In this document: in pieces, positions 1 to 8,572 of the stretch
Position numbering within the stretch: position 1 is the stretch's first letter
How the letters are laid out: each line of letters opens with the position of its first letter
Origin: a virus
Lineage: Duplodnaviria > Caudoviricetes
IMG/VR virus record: IMGVR_UViG_3300048116_000023
Span: 1-26,812 of that record
Length of the DNA stretch: 26,812 nucleotides
Strand: one strand, 5' to 3'
Position numbers and translations under genes: made by a program
Notes under the pieces: generated by a model
The model's database searches: none
What the model was told of the DNA's origin: nothing
Seen by the model: the letters and a program-made list of their open reading frames with translations, nothing else

Positions 1-3
1 AAA

Positions 4-924
4 ATGAAACAACAAATCCCCAAGCAATCTGCTAAACTCCTGGAGATAGCTGAGTTTTATCTTAACTCTGAAGCATTTAAGAGACTTAAGAGAAAGACGC
101 AACGAGACTATGAAAGCCATTTGAAAGCTATTGTTAATACAGTAGTAGAAGGCAAGGCGCTTGGGGTTTACCATAACAAGAACATCAAGGTTAGACACTT
201 GACTGCTGCCTACGAGCAGTGGTTACAGTCTGGAGTTCGTAGTGCAAATTATCGCAAGACAGTCTTATCTGCCTGTTGGAAGCACTCAATGCGCTATGAT
301 GTGATGATACACAACCCTGTATCTTTAGTTCAGACACAAAAGACGGACAGGCGTACCGTGATGTGGACGAGAGAGTACGTTAAACGCTTCTTAGATGAGG
401 CATATGCTGACTTTAACTACCGAAGCATAGGTTTGATCGTACATATGGCATACGAATGGGGGCAACGTGTAGGTGATATGCGCCTGTTAAAATGGGAAGC
501 CCTGGACCTTACCGAATGTCGCTTGGATATTAAACAAAGTAAGCGAGGTGCAGAAGTTCACCTACCCATAAGTAAAAATTTGTGTCAAATGCTCCAGGCG
601 CAGCAGGAAGATTTTGGCTTCCAAGATTATGTAGCACCAAGGGTCAAGCCCAGGTCTGGAGCATTTACGCCGTATGATTTAGAGGAAATATCCCCTAATA
701 TCAATGCGTTACTAGACAAAGCTAATCTACCAAGAGAGCTTACTGCTATGGATTTGAGGCGTACTGCTGTAACAGAAATGCTCGAAGCAGGTGTTGACAT
801 TGCAGGAATACGTCAAGTAACTGGACACAAGAATATGCAAAGTGTTGTGCCATACATGGTCAATACATTTAGTGGAGCAAGTAAAGCTCTATCAGCGAGA
901 GGTAATGAGGATGATGAACATTAG
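4..924 (+). CDS. int: Tyrosine recombinase / phage integrase
   Basis: Catalytic motifs GQRVGDM (Arg I), QSKRG (Lys), MDLRRTA (Arg II), TGHK and a C-terminal PY nucleophile. N-terminal core-binding region KTQRDYESHL. Confidence 0.9.
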   Translation: MKQQIPKQSAKLLEIAEFYLNSEAFKRLKRKTQRDYESHLKAIVNTVVEGKALGVYHNKNIKVRHLTAAYEQWLQSGVRSANYRKTVLSACWKHSMRYDVMIHNPVSLVQTQKTDRRTVMWTREYVKRFLDEAYADFNYRSIGLIVHMAYEWGQRVGDMRLLKWEALDLTECRLDIKQSKRGAEVHLPISKNLCQMLQAQQEDFGFQDYVAPRVKPRSGAFTPYDLEEISPNINALLDKANLPRELTAMDLRRTAVTEMLEAGVDIAGIRQVTGHKNMQSVVPYMVNTFSGASKALSARGNEDDEH

Positions 925-1696
925 AGGTTACTTAGATAGTCTCAACCTAAGAGATGAAGAGTTTATTCGCAGAGACTGTCCCTCTTGTAATGGCAAGAAT
1001 ACTTTCACTGCTACGAAAGAGATGGGTCAGATCAAGTATAACTGTTACAAGTTAGACTGTAATATAGGTGGCTACCACAATGTAGACCTGACTGCTGCGG
1101 AGATAAAGCAACTGCTTTCAATAAGAGAAACACCAAGGGAAATGGAGAAAGAGACAATGGAGATACCCGAATATGTAGTACAGCCCAGCGTTGAGCATGA
1201 TAAGTTTCATAAGTTTGTAGCACAGTGGGGTCTTAAGGACTCTAGGCTACTCTATGATGTTAAGGATGAACGTGTTGTCTTTCCTATCTATCACTCAGGG
1301 CGTATCATTGATGCTAATGGACGTTCAGTAGGCAACAAACAGCCTAAGTGGTATAGATATACTGGCAAGGGTGATTACTTCTTTAAGCATGGCGATAGCT
1401 CTACACTAATTATAGTTGAGGATTGTGTGTCAGCACTGGTGGTATGCCAAGAAATACCTCACGTAAATGCTATGGCTATCCTTGGAACGTCTCTAACCGA
1501 CAAACATATGGAGAGAATTGCAGAGTATGACAATATTATTGTAGCACTAGATCCAGATGCAGCACACAAGACCTTGCAGTTTAGCAGGGAGATACATCTA
1601 TGGACAGGAGCTAAGACGATTGCTTTTAACCTTGACGACGACATCAAGTATAAAGTAGACAATGACATTGAGAGACTTAAGGAGATAGCACAATGA
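911..1696 (+). CDS. Phage DNA primase (zinc-binding domain plus TOPRIM)
   Basis: CPSC...CYKLDC zinc ribbon, ANGRS, PKWYRY, IIVED, AILGT and ALDPD TOPRIM motifs. Start moved from 842 to ATG 911 (or 914) because GAGGT/GAGG lies just upstream. Confidence 0.88.
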   Translation: MMNIRGYLDSLNLRDEEFIRRDCPSCNGKNTFTATKEMGQIKYNCYKLDCNIGGYHNVDLTAAEIKQLLSIRETPREMEKETMEIPEYVVQPSVEHDKFHKFVAQWGLKDSRLLYDVKDERVVFPIYHSGRIIDANGRSVGNKQPKWYRYTGKGDYFFKHGDSSTLIIVEDCVSALVVCQEIPHVNAMAILGTSLTDKHMERIAEYDNIIVALDPDAAHKTLQFSREIHLWTGAKTIAFNLDDDIKYKVDNDIERLKEIAQ

Positions 1697-1851
1697 AGGA
1701 TTACATACCAACGCAGATGGAACGAGAACTAATGAGCTTAGGTGTTATAGCCATACAAGAGAAACCAAAGGCGATGGGCTTTAAAGAAAGTCGAGCAGAG
1801 GTTAAGGCTTGGCATGATACACTCATAGTTGATGGCGAGGTAATGTTTTAA
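1693..1851 (+). CDS. Small hypothetical protein, 52 aa (MKDYIPTQMERELMSLGVIAIQEKPKAMGFKESRAEVKAWHDTLIVDGEVMF), absent from the ORF track
   Basis: ATGA overlap with the primase stop, AGGAG SD upstream and TAATG overlap with the next gene. It fills the gap exactly. Confidence 0.75.
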   Translation: MKDYIPTQMERELMSLGVIAIQEKPKAMGFKESRAEVKAWHDTLIVDGEVMF

Positions 1852-2090
1852 TGTATAGTGTAGAGATGGAAGAGAACTGTTCTATAATTACTACACTTGA
1901 TGAAGATGATGCATACGAAGATGTGAAAGTTACCATAGCGAATGATGGTACAGTTTATATGCAACAGTTTAATGAAGGTATATCGAGAGAGGATATGATC
2001 TATATGTCTTACAATCAACTTAAAGACATATTGAATGCAATACATTCGCCAGAGGGATGTTACTACGTAATAGAGAAGGTTACACTATGA
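1851..2090 (+). CDS. Hypothetical acidic phage protein
   Basis: GAGGT SD. Coupled to neighbours by TAATG and ATGA overlaps. Confidence 0.75.
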   Translation: MYSVEMEENCSIITTLDEDDAYEDVKVTIANDGTVYMQQFNEGISREDMIYMSYNQLKDILNAIHSPEGCYYVIEKVTL

Positions 2091-3313
2091 TTGAATTAGC
2101 ACTTATAAAGACGCTACTAAACAGAGAATTTTATGATCAACACAAGGGTATAAGATGTCCCGATAAGATATTCACTAAGGATATACGCAAGATCAAACAA
2201 ACACTTGATGCAGCAATGAAAGATTATGATGGGGATCTAAACACATCAGACCTAGAAGCTTTATTCTATGCACAAAACCAAACAATGACTACAGCTACCA
2301 AGACTGCATACGCTGATTTGTTCAGGAAACTAAATAATGAAGATACAATTAAGGAAGACATAGCTGACAATGTTTTAGGTAAACTCTTTCAACAGTATGT
2401 AGGAGAGAAGGTTGCCAACTTAGGGTTTGACTTTGTTAATGGTAGTGAGGAAAGCCTTGAGCCATTACGCAGATTACTTGAGGACTTCAAGGACGACTTT
2501 ACACCTAACATTAAAATAGATTGGGAAGACATAACTATTGACACGTTACTTGAAGCTAATGACTTAGCTACACAATGGAAGTTTAACATACCAAGCCTGA
2601 GACGTAAGGTTGAGGGTGTATCAGGTGGTCACTTGCTTCTCGTAGGAGCTAGACCTAACACTGGTAAAACATCCTTTCATGCTTCACTTATAGCAGGTGC
2701 AGATGGTTGGGCGCATCAAGGCGCAAAGTGTGTAGTCCTATGTAATGAGGAAGCATACGAGCGTGTGGGTGCAAGATACCTTAGTGCTGCAACCAATATG
2801 ACAATGGAAGAGGTTAAGGGTAATGTAGCTCTAGCACGTAAACGCTATGAGCCAGTACGCCAGAACATTCGTATCAAGGATAGCACTAACAAAGATTTGC
2901 AGTGGGTTGAGTCCTTAGTCAAACAAGAGAAGCCAGACATTCTTATATTAGACATGGGAGATAAGTTTGCTACAAAGAATAGTGATAAGTCCGATGTGTA
3001 CCTAAAAGATGCCGCTATCTATGCACGTAACATAGCCAAGCAATATAACTGTTGTGTTGTATGGATGTCACAGTTGAGCGCTGTAGCTGAAGGTAAGGTA
3101 TATGTAGATCAATCCATGATGGAAGGCAGTAAGACAGGCAAGGCAGCAGAAGCAGATTTGATGCTGTTGATAAGTAAGAACCCTATAGTTGAAGGTGCTG
3201 ATGAAGAGGATACTCAGCGACACTTAAACATAGCAAAGAATAAACTTAAGGGTGGATGGCATGGGGTTGTCCACTGTGAATTAGATGGTGGTAGATCGCT
3301 ATACACCGCATAG
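2087..3313 (+). CDS. DnaB-like (SF4) replicative DNA helicase
   Basis: Walker A GARPNTGKT, NEE, Walker B ILILD, MSQL, EADLML, IAKNK. Start placed at ATG 2087 (ATGA overlap, AAGGT SD). Confidence 0.92.
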   Translation: MIELALIKTLLNREFYDQHKGIRCPDKIFTKDIRKIKQTLDAAMKDYDGDLNTSDLEALFYAQNQTMTTATKTAYADLFRKLNNEDTIKEDIADNVLGKLFQQYVGEKVANLGFDFVNGSEESLEPLRRLLEDFKDDFTPNIKIDWEDITIDTLLEANDLATQWKFNIPSLRRKVEGVSGGHLLLVGARPNTGKTSFHASLIAGADGWAHQGAKCVVLCNEEAYERVGARYLSAATNMTMEEVKGNVALARKRYEPVRQNIRIKDSTNKDLQWVESLVKQEKPDILILDMGDKFATKNSDKSDVYLKDAAIYARNIAKQYNCCVVWMSQLSAVAEGKVYVDQSMMEGSKTGKAAEADLMLLISKNPIVEGADEEDTQRHLNIAKNKLKGGWHGVVHCELDGGRSLYTA

Positions 3314-3321
3314 GAGAGAAT

Positions 3322-5370
3322 ATGAGATTAGTATTAGATGTAGAGAACACAACACAAAGACGAAACAATAAGTGGCATCTAGATCCTTACGAGCAGGGGA
3401 ACTTTCTTGTACAGGTTGGTATGCAAAATGCAGATGCACCTGACGAGACACACATTGTTAACATAGACCATCAAGAAAAGAAGGATACCAGTGGCGCTGG
3501 GCGTAAGCTTATCCAGGATGTACTGGACCTTACAAAGCTTTTAATCATGCACAATGCACAACACGATATGATGTGGCTGTGGGAGTGTGGCTTTAAATAT
3601 GATGGAGCTATCTATGATACAATGTTAGCTGAGTATATACTGTTGAGAGGTCAGAAGTTACCACTCAGTCTTGACGGTTGCGCCCAACGCAGAAAGCTAG
3701 AGATGCAGAAGCAAGACACACTCAAGAATTACTTTAAAGAAGGGTACAATACAAATGAAATACCGTTGGATGAACTTAGCTTTTATCTTAGGGGTGATCT
3801 CGACACCACTCGTGAGTTGTTCCATGCAATCGAAGCAGACTACGCCGAACCTGAGTCCAAGTCCTTGCATACAATCAGAGACGTTACCTTTAGAACCTGT
3901 CAAACCCTCACCCGAATGTACATGTCAGGAATCAGGGTGGATAGATCTGCCCTTGACCAAGTGAGGCTAGAGTTTGAGCAAGAGAAAGCAGGTATAGAAG
4001 ACAGGCTACAACAGCAGGTACGCAGGATTATGGGTGATACGCCTATTAATCTCAACTCTCCAGAGCAAATGTCTCAGGTTGTATTCTCTTGTAAACCTAA
4101 AGACAAGAAGGAATGGGTAGAGTTATTCGAACATACGTATAACAAGAAAGAGTTTAGGGCAGCAGTAGAAGCAAACAGTACTATCATACGTAGGACTAAG
4201 GCATTTACATGTCCAACCTGTCAGGGTGAAGGTAAGGTATATCGTATCAAGAAAGATGGTACAAAGTTTGCTAGACCTAACAAGTGTAAAGACTGTGATG
4301 CTAGAGGCTATCAGCTTAAACCACTAAATCATTTAGCAGGTCTAGGTTTTGCTGCACCCAGTAAGAAGTGGGTTAGTGCCAATGGTTTCAGCACTGGTAA
4401 GGATAACTTAGATGTGTTGATTGGTACTGCAAAGACTAAGAAGATGGACGAAGCTGTATCATTCCTGACAGACCTGAAGCGTTTGTCTGCTGTTAGTAGC
4501 TACCTGAGTGCCTTTGTTGAGGGTATTGACACGTTCACTAAGTCTGATGGTTTCCTACATGTAGGTTTAACTCAACACATTACAGCTACTGGACGTTTCA
4601 GTGGGCGTAACCCTAACATGCAGAACATGCCAAGAGGTGGTACATTCCCAGTTAAGAAGGTGTTTGTATCTCGATGGAAGGGCGGTCACATTCTAGAGGC
4701 TGACTTTGCTCAGCTTGAGTTTAGAGTTGCTGCGTTCCTAGCACAAGATCCTGTGGCCATAGAAGAGATAGCTACAGGGTTTGATGTACATAGTTATACT
4801 GCTAAAGTTATTACAGATGCAGGGCAACCAACCTCTCGCCAGGATGCCAAGGCTCACACATTTGCCCCTCTATTTGGGGCGACAGGCTATGGAAGATCTA
4901 AGGCTGAAGAGGCATACTATATACACTTTAATGAGAAGTATGAGGGTGTAGCTGCATGGCACAAAAAGTTAGGCGATGAAGCTATACGATTTAATAAGAT
5001 AACTAATAAGTCAGGGCGACAATATGCTTTCCCTGATGTTAAGCGCAATGCAAGGGGTGGGGTATCACACTTTACCATGATTAAGAACTATCCAGTACAA
5101 GGCTTTGCTACTGGGGATGTTGTACCTGTTGTGTTGATTGAAATGGAAGAGAGGATGAAGCATCTAAAATCTTGTTTAGTTAATACTGTACACGATTCAA
5201 GTGTGGCAGATGTACATCCAGAAGAGAAAGATGAGGTATTACAAATAATTGAAGACATGAACGATGATTTAACCAACCTGATAGAGAAATCTTATGGCGT
5301 TAAAATGAATGTACCACTGCTATTAGAATCTAAAATAGGTCCGAATTGGCTTGACGTACAGGACGTTTGA
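3322..5370 (+). CDS. polA: Family A DNA polymerase with 3'-5' exonuclease and DnaJ-like zinc-finger insert
   Basis: ExoI LDVE, ExoII HNAQHD, ExoIII YLRGD. TATGRFS..NPNMQNMP, motif A DFAQLEFR, motif B RQDAKAHTFAPLFG, NYPVQG, motif C VHDS. Insert CPTCQGEG...CKDCDARG. Confidence 0.97.
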   Translation: MRLVLDVENTTQRRNNKWHLDPYEQGNFLVQVGMQNADAPDETHIVNIDHQEKKDTSGAGRKLIQDVLDLTKLLIMHNAQHDMMWLWECGFKYDGAIYDTMLAEYILLRGQKLPLSLDGCAQRRKLEMQKQDTLKNYFKEGYNTNEIPLDELSFYLRGDLDTTRELFHAIEADYAEPESKSLHTIRDVTFRTCQTLTRMYMSGIRVDRSALDQVRLEFEQEKAGIEDRLQQQVRRIMGDTPINLNSPEQMSQVVFSCKPKDKKEWVELFEHTYNKKEFRAAVEANSTIIRRTKAFTCPTCQGEGKVYRIKKDGTKFARPNKCKDCDARGYQLKPLNHLAGLGFAAPSKKWVSANGFSTGKDNLDVLIGTAKTKKMDEAVSFLTDLKRLSAVSSYLSAFVEGIDTFTKSDGFLHVGLTQHITATGRFSGRNPNMQNMPRGGTFPVKKVFVSRWKGGHILEADFAQLEFRVAAFLAQDPVAIEEIATGFDVHSYTAKVITDAGQPTSRQDAKAHTFAPLFGATGYGRSKAEEAYYIHFNEKYEGVAAWHKKLGDEAIRFNKITNKSGRQYAFPDVKRNARGGVSHFTMIKNYPVQGFATGDVVPVVLIEMEERMKHLKSCLVNTVHDSSVADVHPEEKDEVLQIIEDMNDDLTNLIEKSYGVKMNVPLLLESKIGPNWLDVQDV

Positions 5371-5379
5371 CGGTATAAC
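5351..5379 (+). promoter_or_regulatory. Putative sigma70-type promoter for the SSB-exonuclease operon
   Basis: TTGACG (5351-5356), 17-bp spacer, TATAAC (5374-5379). It runs into the largest intergenic gap of the window (5371-5414), which also has a GAGGT SD before ATG 5415. Confidence 0.5.
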
Positions 5380-5414
5380 TGAGTCTCTTTAACACAAATC
5401 TCATGAGGTAAATA

Positions 5415-6278
5415 ATGAGTACAGAAATATCAATAACTGGCATGGATAATGCCTCTATGGCTGCACTGATGGGTGTATCCGCAGAAACTAAACAATCAGC
5501 ATCTTCTCTTGCACGTATCAACGTTGTAAGTACAGCCCTGAAGGGTGAAATGGAGCTTGGTGGTAAGAAGATCAAGACAGATGTAGTACCTGTAGGTGCA
5601 TACAAGATTACGCAGGGTGACGATGTGTTCTACGCAGAACAGATAAGCATTCGTGTATTCGCCCAGCGCCAACAATGGCAACGTTGGAATGCATCAACTA
5701 ATGAGATGGAGAAGTCTGTTATGACTACATCACTCAATGGTGATCTACAGGATAGCATTGGTGGCTTTAACTTAGGTAGACCATCAGGTTATGTAGAGGA
5801 TTGGAATGCCTTACCTGAAGCAACTAAGGATCTAATGCGTACTGTTAAGCGTGTTAAGATCTTTATGGGTCTACTCACTGTAAAATCTCCTATGGATGAA
5901 CATGGTGAGCCTATCTCTAAAGAATATGTAGACCTACCGTTTGTAATGGATGTAAAGAACCGTGACAGTCTAAAGAACTTAGATGGTGCTTTAAAGACAG
6001 TACAGAGAGCTAATCTCTTGCCTATCATGTCTACATTAGAATTAGCAGGACAAGAAGGTTCAATCCCTACAGGTGCTACGTTTGGCTACATCACTGCTAA
6101 GGCAGGAGACAAGGTAGAACTTACTGAGGCTGATAACCAAACACTCAAGGACTTCTTAGGCTTTATTGAATATGGCAATGGTAAGATCCTAGACTTATAC
6201 AATGAACGCTCTGACAAGGGTATGAGTGCAGCAGACGCTGAGCTTGTAGGTTCTATTGTAGATGTGGATGCTGACTAA
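5415..6278 (+). CDS. Putative single-stranded DNA-binding protein
   Basis: Lies between PolA and the exonuclease, beta-rich core, acidic C-terminal tail VDVDAD, strong SD. Function inferred from context. Confidence 0.55.
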   Translation: MSTEISITGMDNASMAALMGVSAETKQSASSLARINVVSTALKGEMELGGKKIKTDVVPVGAYKITQGDDVFYAEQISIRVFAQRQQWQRWNASTNEMEKSVMTTSLNGDLQDSIGGFNLGRPSGYVEDWNALPEATKDLMRTVKRVKIFMGLLTVKSPMDEHGEPISKEYVDLPFVMDVKNRDSLKNLDGALKTVQRANLLPIMSTLELAGQEGSIPTGATFGYITAKAGDKVELTEADNQTLKDFLGFIEYGNGKILDLYNERSDKGMSAADAELVGSIVDVDAD

Positions 6279-7132
6279 TGAATCATCCTGCAGAATTAGC
6301 TATGGTATCATTCCTACAAAAGGCTATGGCAGGTGAGTCCACTATGACTGAAGAGGTGGCTGATAAAGTCGCCTCTGATGTTAAGGATGCTTTGTTTAAG
6401 CAGTTCGACAGTGGTCCTCGTGATGATTTCCGTTTGCGTATGTCTAACATAGGTAAGCCAAGATGTCAGCTATGGTTTGAGAAGAATGAACCTGAAGACA
6501 AGACACCTTTTCCACCACACTTCCTGATGAACATGATATTAGGGGATATAGTTGAAGCTGTATTCAAAGGTATTATGAGAGCAGCAAAGGTTGACTTTAA
6601 AGATAATGATTATGTTACTCTTAAATTACCTAATGGTGTGGAGATTAAAGGTGAATACGATATGGAATTGGATGGTAAGATTGACGATGTAAAGTCAGCT
6701 TCACCCTGGTCCTATCAGAACAAGTTTGCATCCTTTGATGCCTTAGCTACAGGAGATAGTTTTGGCTATATCCCACAGCTTGTAGGCTATGCAGAGGGCG
6801 CAGGTAAAGAGGTTGGTGGTTGGTGGGTAGTCAACAAGGCTAACGGAGAATTTAAGTATGTTTCTGCCAGTAGTGTAGATAAAGAAGCAGTACTTGATGA
6901 TATTGAAGACCTGACAGATTACATCAACAATGATGAACCTTTTGAGCGTGAATTTGAGCCTATCGAAGAAACGTTTTACCGCAAGAAGACAGGTAACACT
7001 AAGTTAGGAGTTACATGTGGATTCTGTGCATTTAAACATAAGTGTTGGCCTACACTACAGACTTTACCTTCACCTAACTCGAAGGCTAAAAACCCACCTA
7101 TGATTGACTATATAACTTTAAAGGAAGACTAA
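6278..7132 (+). CDS. PD-(D/E)XK Cas4/RecB-like exonuclease
   Basis: LRMSNIG..RC, GEYD...DDVKS, QLVGY and a C-terminal CGFC-x5-C. The four Cys match the Cas4/AddB-like Fe-S staple. Confidence 0.85.
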   Translation: MNHPAELAMVSFLQKAMAGESTMTEEVADKVASDVKDALFKQFDSGPRDDFRLRMSNIGKPRCQLWFEKNEPEDKTPFPPHFLMNMILGDIVEAVFKGIMRAAKVDFKDNDYVTLKLPNGVEIKGEYDMELDGKIDDVKSASPWSYQNKFASFDALATGDSFGYIPQLVGYAEGAGKEVGGWWVVNKANGEFKYVSASSVDKEAVLDDIEDLTDYINNDEPFEREFEPIEETFYRKKTGNTKLGVTCGFCAFKHKCWPTLQTLPSPNSKAKNPPMIDYITLKED

Positions 7133-7347
7133 TGCCTAAACTAACTATTAACGACACAAAATATGATACAGATGACTTTAATGAAGAGCAGATAGCTATG
7201 TATAATGAAGTCATGATTGCTAAAGCTGAGATGAACCGATGTGAATATGTATTTAAGGTACTTGAAGCACGTTGTAATCAGTTAGCAACTATGATTGAAA
7301 CAGCTTCTAAGGAAGAAGAAGAAGAAAAAGAAGCTACTGATGGCTAA
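7132..7347 (+). CDS. Small coiled-coil hypothetical protein
   Basis: AAGGA SD, TAATG coupling, helical heptads and an acidic poly-E tail. Confidence 0.75.
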   Translation: MPKLTINDTKYDTDDFNEEQIAMYNEVMIAKAEMNRCEYVFKVLEARCNQLATMIETASKEEEEEKEATDG

Positions 7348-7789
7348 AAGAACAACAGCGAGATATCACAACTCTCGACGTTACCGCAGTGGTCTTGAGA
7401 AACAGGCCGCTGCATTCTTAAGCGAACACCAAAAAGAAGTTAAGTATGAGCTACTGAAGATAGAGTGGGAAGACCTACGTTACAGAACTTATACACCAGA
7501 CTTTGAGTTAGACAACGGCATCATAATTGAGACAAAAGGTATACTTGATAATGATGATAAACGTAAGCATTTAGCCATACAGAAACAACATCCAGAGTTG
7601 GATATTAGGTTTGTATTTAGTAACGCTAATGCTAAGTTGTACAAGGGTGCTAAGAGTAGATACTGTGATTGGTGTGATAAGAATAATTTTCTTTGGTCAC
7701 ATCGAATAATACCGCAAGAATGGTTGACAGAAAAGGGTACAAGATCTAAAAAAGATAAGATAGTACTTAAAACAAAAAGGAAAGATTAA
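7340..7789 (+). CDS. T7 gp3-like endonuclease I (Holliday junction resolvase)
   Basis: YRSGLE, YTPDF, IIIETKG, DKRKHL..KQHPELDIRFVF, YCDWCDKNNF. Start placed at ATG 7340. Confidence 0.93.
   Translation: MAKRTTARYHNSRRYRSGLEKQAAAFLSEHQKEVKYELLKIEWEDLRYRTYTPDFELDNGIIIETKGILDNDDKRKHLAIQKQHPELDIRFVFSNANAKLYKGAKSRYCDWCDKNNFLWSHRIIPQEWLTEKGTRSKKDKIVLKTKRKD
7724..7752 (+). promoter_or_regulatory. Possible internal sigma70-type promoter
   Basis: TTGACA, 17-bp spacer, TAAAAA, about 37 nt upstream of ATG 7789. The -10 match is weak. Confidence 0.25.
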
Positions 7790-8127
7790 TGGTGTTTCAG
7801 TTAGACGACGATGAAATGGCTCTGGTTATCAAGCCTTTGTATGAAGCCAATGGTGAATGGGAAGGTGACGTAGCTACAGGAGTGGCTATGAATGAAACAA
7901 TCAATCTAGACTTAAACATACAACGAGGTATGGTTAATATCATCACTCTAATGACATCTTTTCTTTCGTATTCAGACGATAAAGAAGAACTCGTAGACGA
8001 AGTAATCAAGTGGCGTGAAAAACTGTTTGCTGAATTAGATGAATCACCTTTTGCAGAGTACGAAACAGATGATAACAGTAACGTAATAACATTGACTAAG
8101 TTTACTAAGACAAAAGGGAGCGCATAA
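7789..8127 (+). CDS. Hypothetical acidic phage protein
   Basis: AAGGA SD and TAATG overlaps at both ends. Confidence 0.75.
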   Translation: MVFQLDDDEMALVIKPLYEANGEWEGDVATGVAMNETINLDLNIQRGMVNIITLMTSFLSYSDDKEELVDEVIKWREKLFAELDESPFAEYETDDNSNVITLTKFTKTKGSA

Positions 8128-8393
8128 TGGCTAAATGGAATCTAGAAAAACAGAGAGAAAACCAAGGGTTTGATCCAGTTAATAAACCAGCGCACTACAA
8201 TCAAGATGGTATTGAGTGCATAGACTATATTCAACAAGTAGTAGGCCTGGATGGTTTCATCGCATATTGTCATGGCAACATGATTAAGTATCAACACAGA
8301 TACCGCTACAAGGGTAATGGTGTAGAGGATATGAAGAAGGCAGCATGGTACTTATCTAGAATGAACAAGGCTCTTGCGGAGAAGCATAAATGA
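8127..8393 (+). CDS. DUF3310 family protein (T7 gp1.7-related putative nucleotide kinase domain)
   Basis: DPVNKPAHY...IECIDYI...GNMIKY..RY.YKGNGVEDMKKAAWYL signature. Confidence 0.85.
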   Translation: MAKWNLEKQRENQGFDPVNKPAHYNQDGIECIDYIQQVVGLDGFIAYCHGNMIKYQHRYRYKGNGVEDMKKAAWYLSRMNKALAEKHK

Positions 8394-8572
8394 GTGACAA
8401 GAATTTTGACGTAACAATGCAGGTTACAGTCAGTAAAGATAACAACATCCTATCGTCTCATGAGGAGTCACACTCGGATGATGTAAAAGATTTAGTGTTG
8501 GATACGTTCTATGACGTAGACGATGTTGAAGTAAACAATGTAATAGTAAAAGAGAGAGAGTTAAATGAATAG
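8390..8572 (+). CDS. Small acidic hypothetical protein
   Basis: GGAG SD, ATGA overlap with the upstream stop and overlap with the mazG start. Confidence 0.7.
   Translation: MSDKNFDVTMQVTVSKDNNILSSHEESHSDDVKDLVLDTFYDVDDVEVNNVIVKERELNE

Noticed and set aside
842-910. Longer primase start at 842
   Set aside because: It overlaps the integrase catalytic Tyr region, and the SD supports 911 or 914.
5371-5414. tRNA, ncRNA or intrinsic terminator in intergenic DNA
   Set aside because: The largest gap is only 44 nt, with no stable hairpin or cloverleaf visible.
6278-7132. CRISPR-Cas locus suggested by the Cas4-like gene
   Set aside because: No repeat-spacer array and no other cas genes in the window.
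7295-7339. GAA repeat giving a poly-Lys N-terminal extension of endonuclease I, or a frameshift fusion
   Set aside because: The repeat encodes the poly-Glu tail of the upstream protein. There is no canonical slippery heptamer in the needed frame, and ATG 7340 is the better start.
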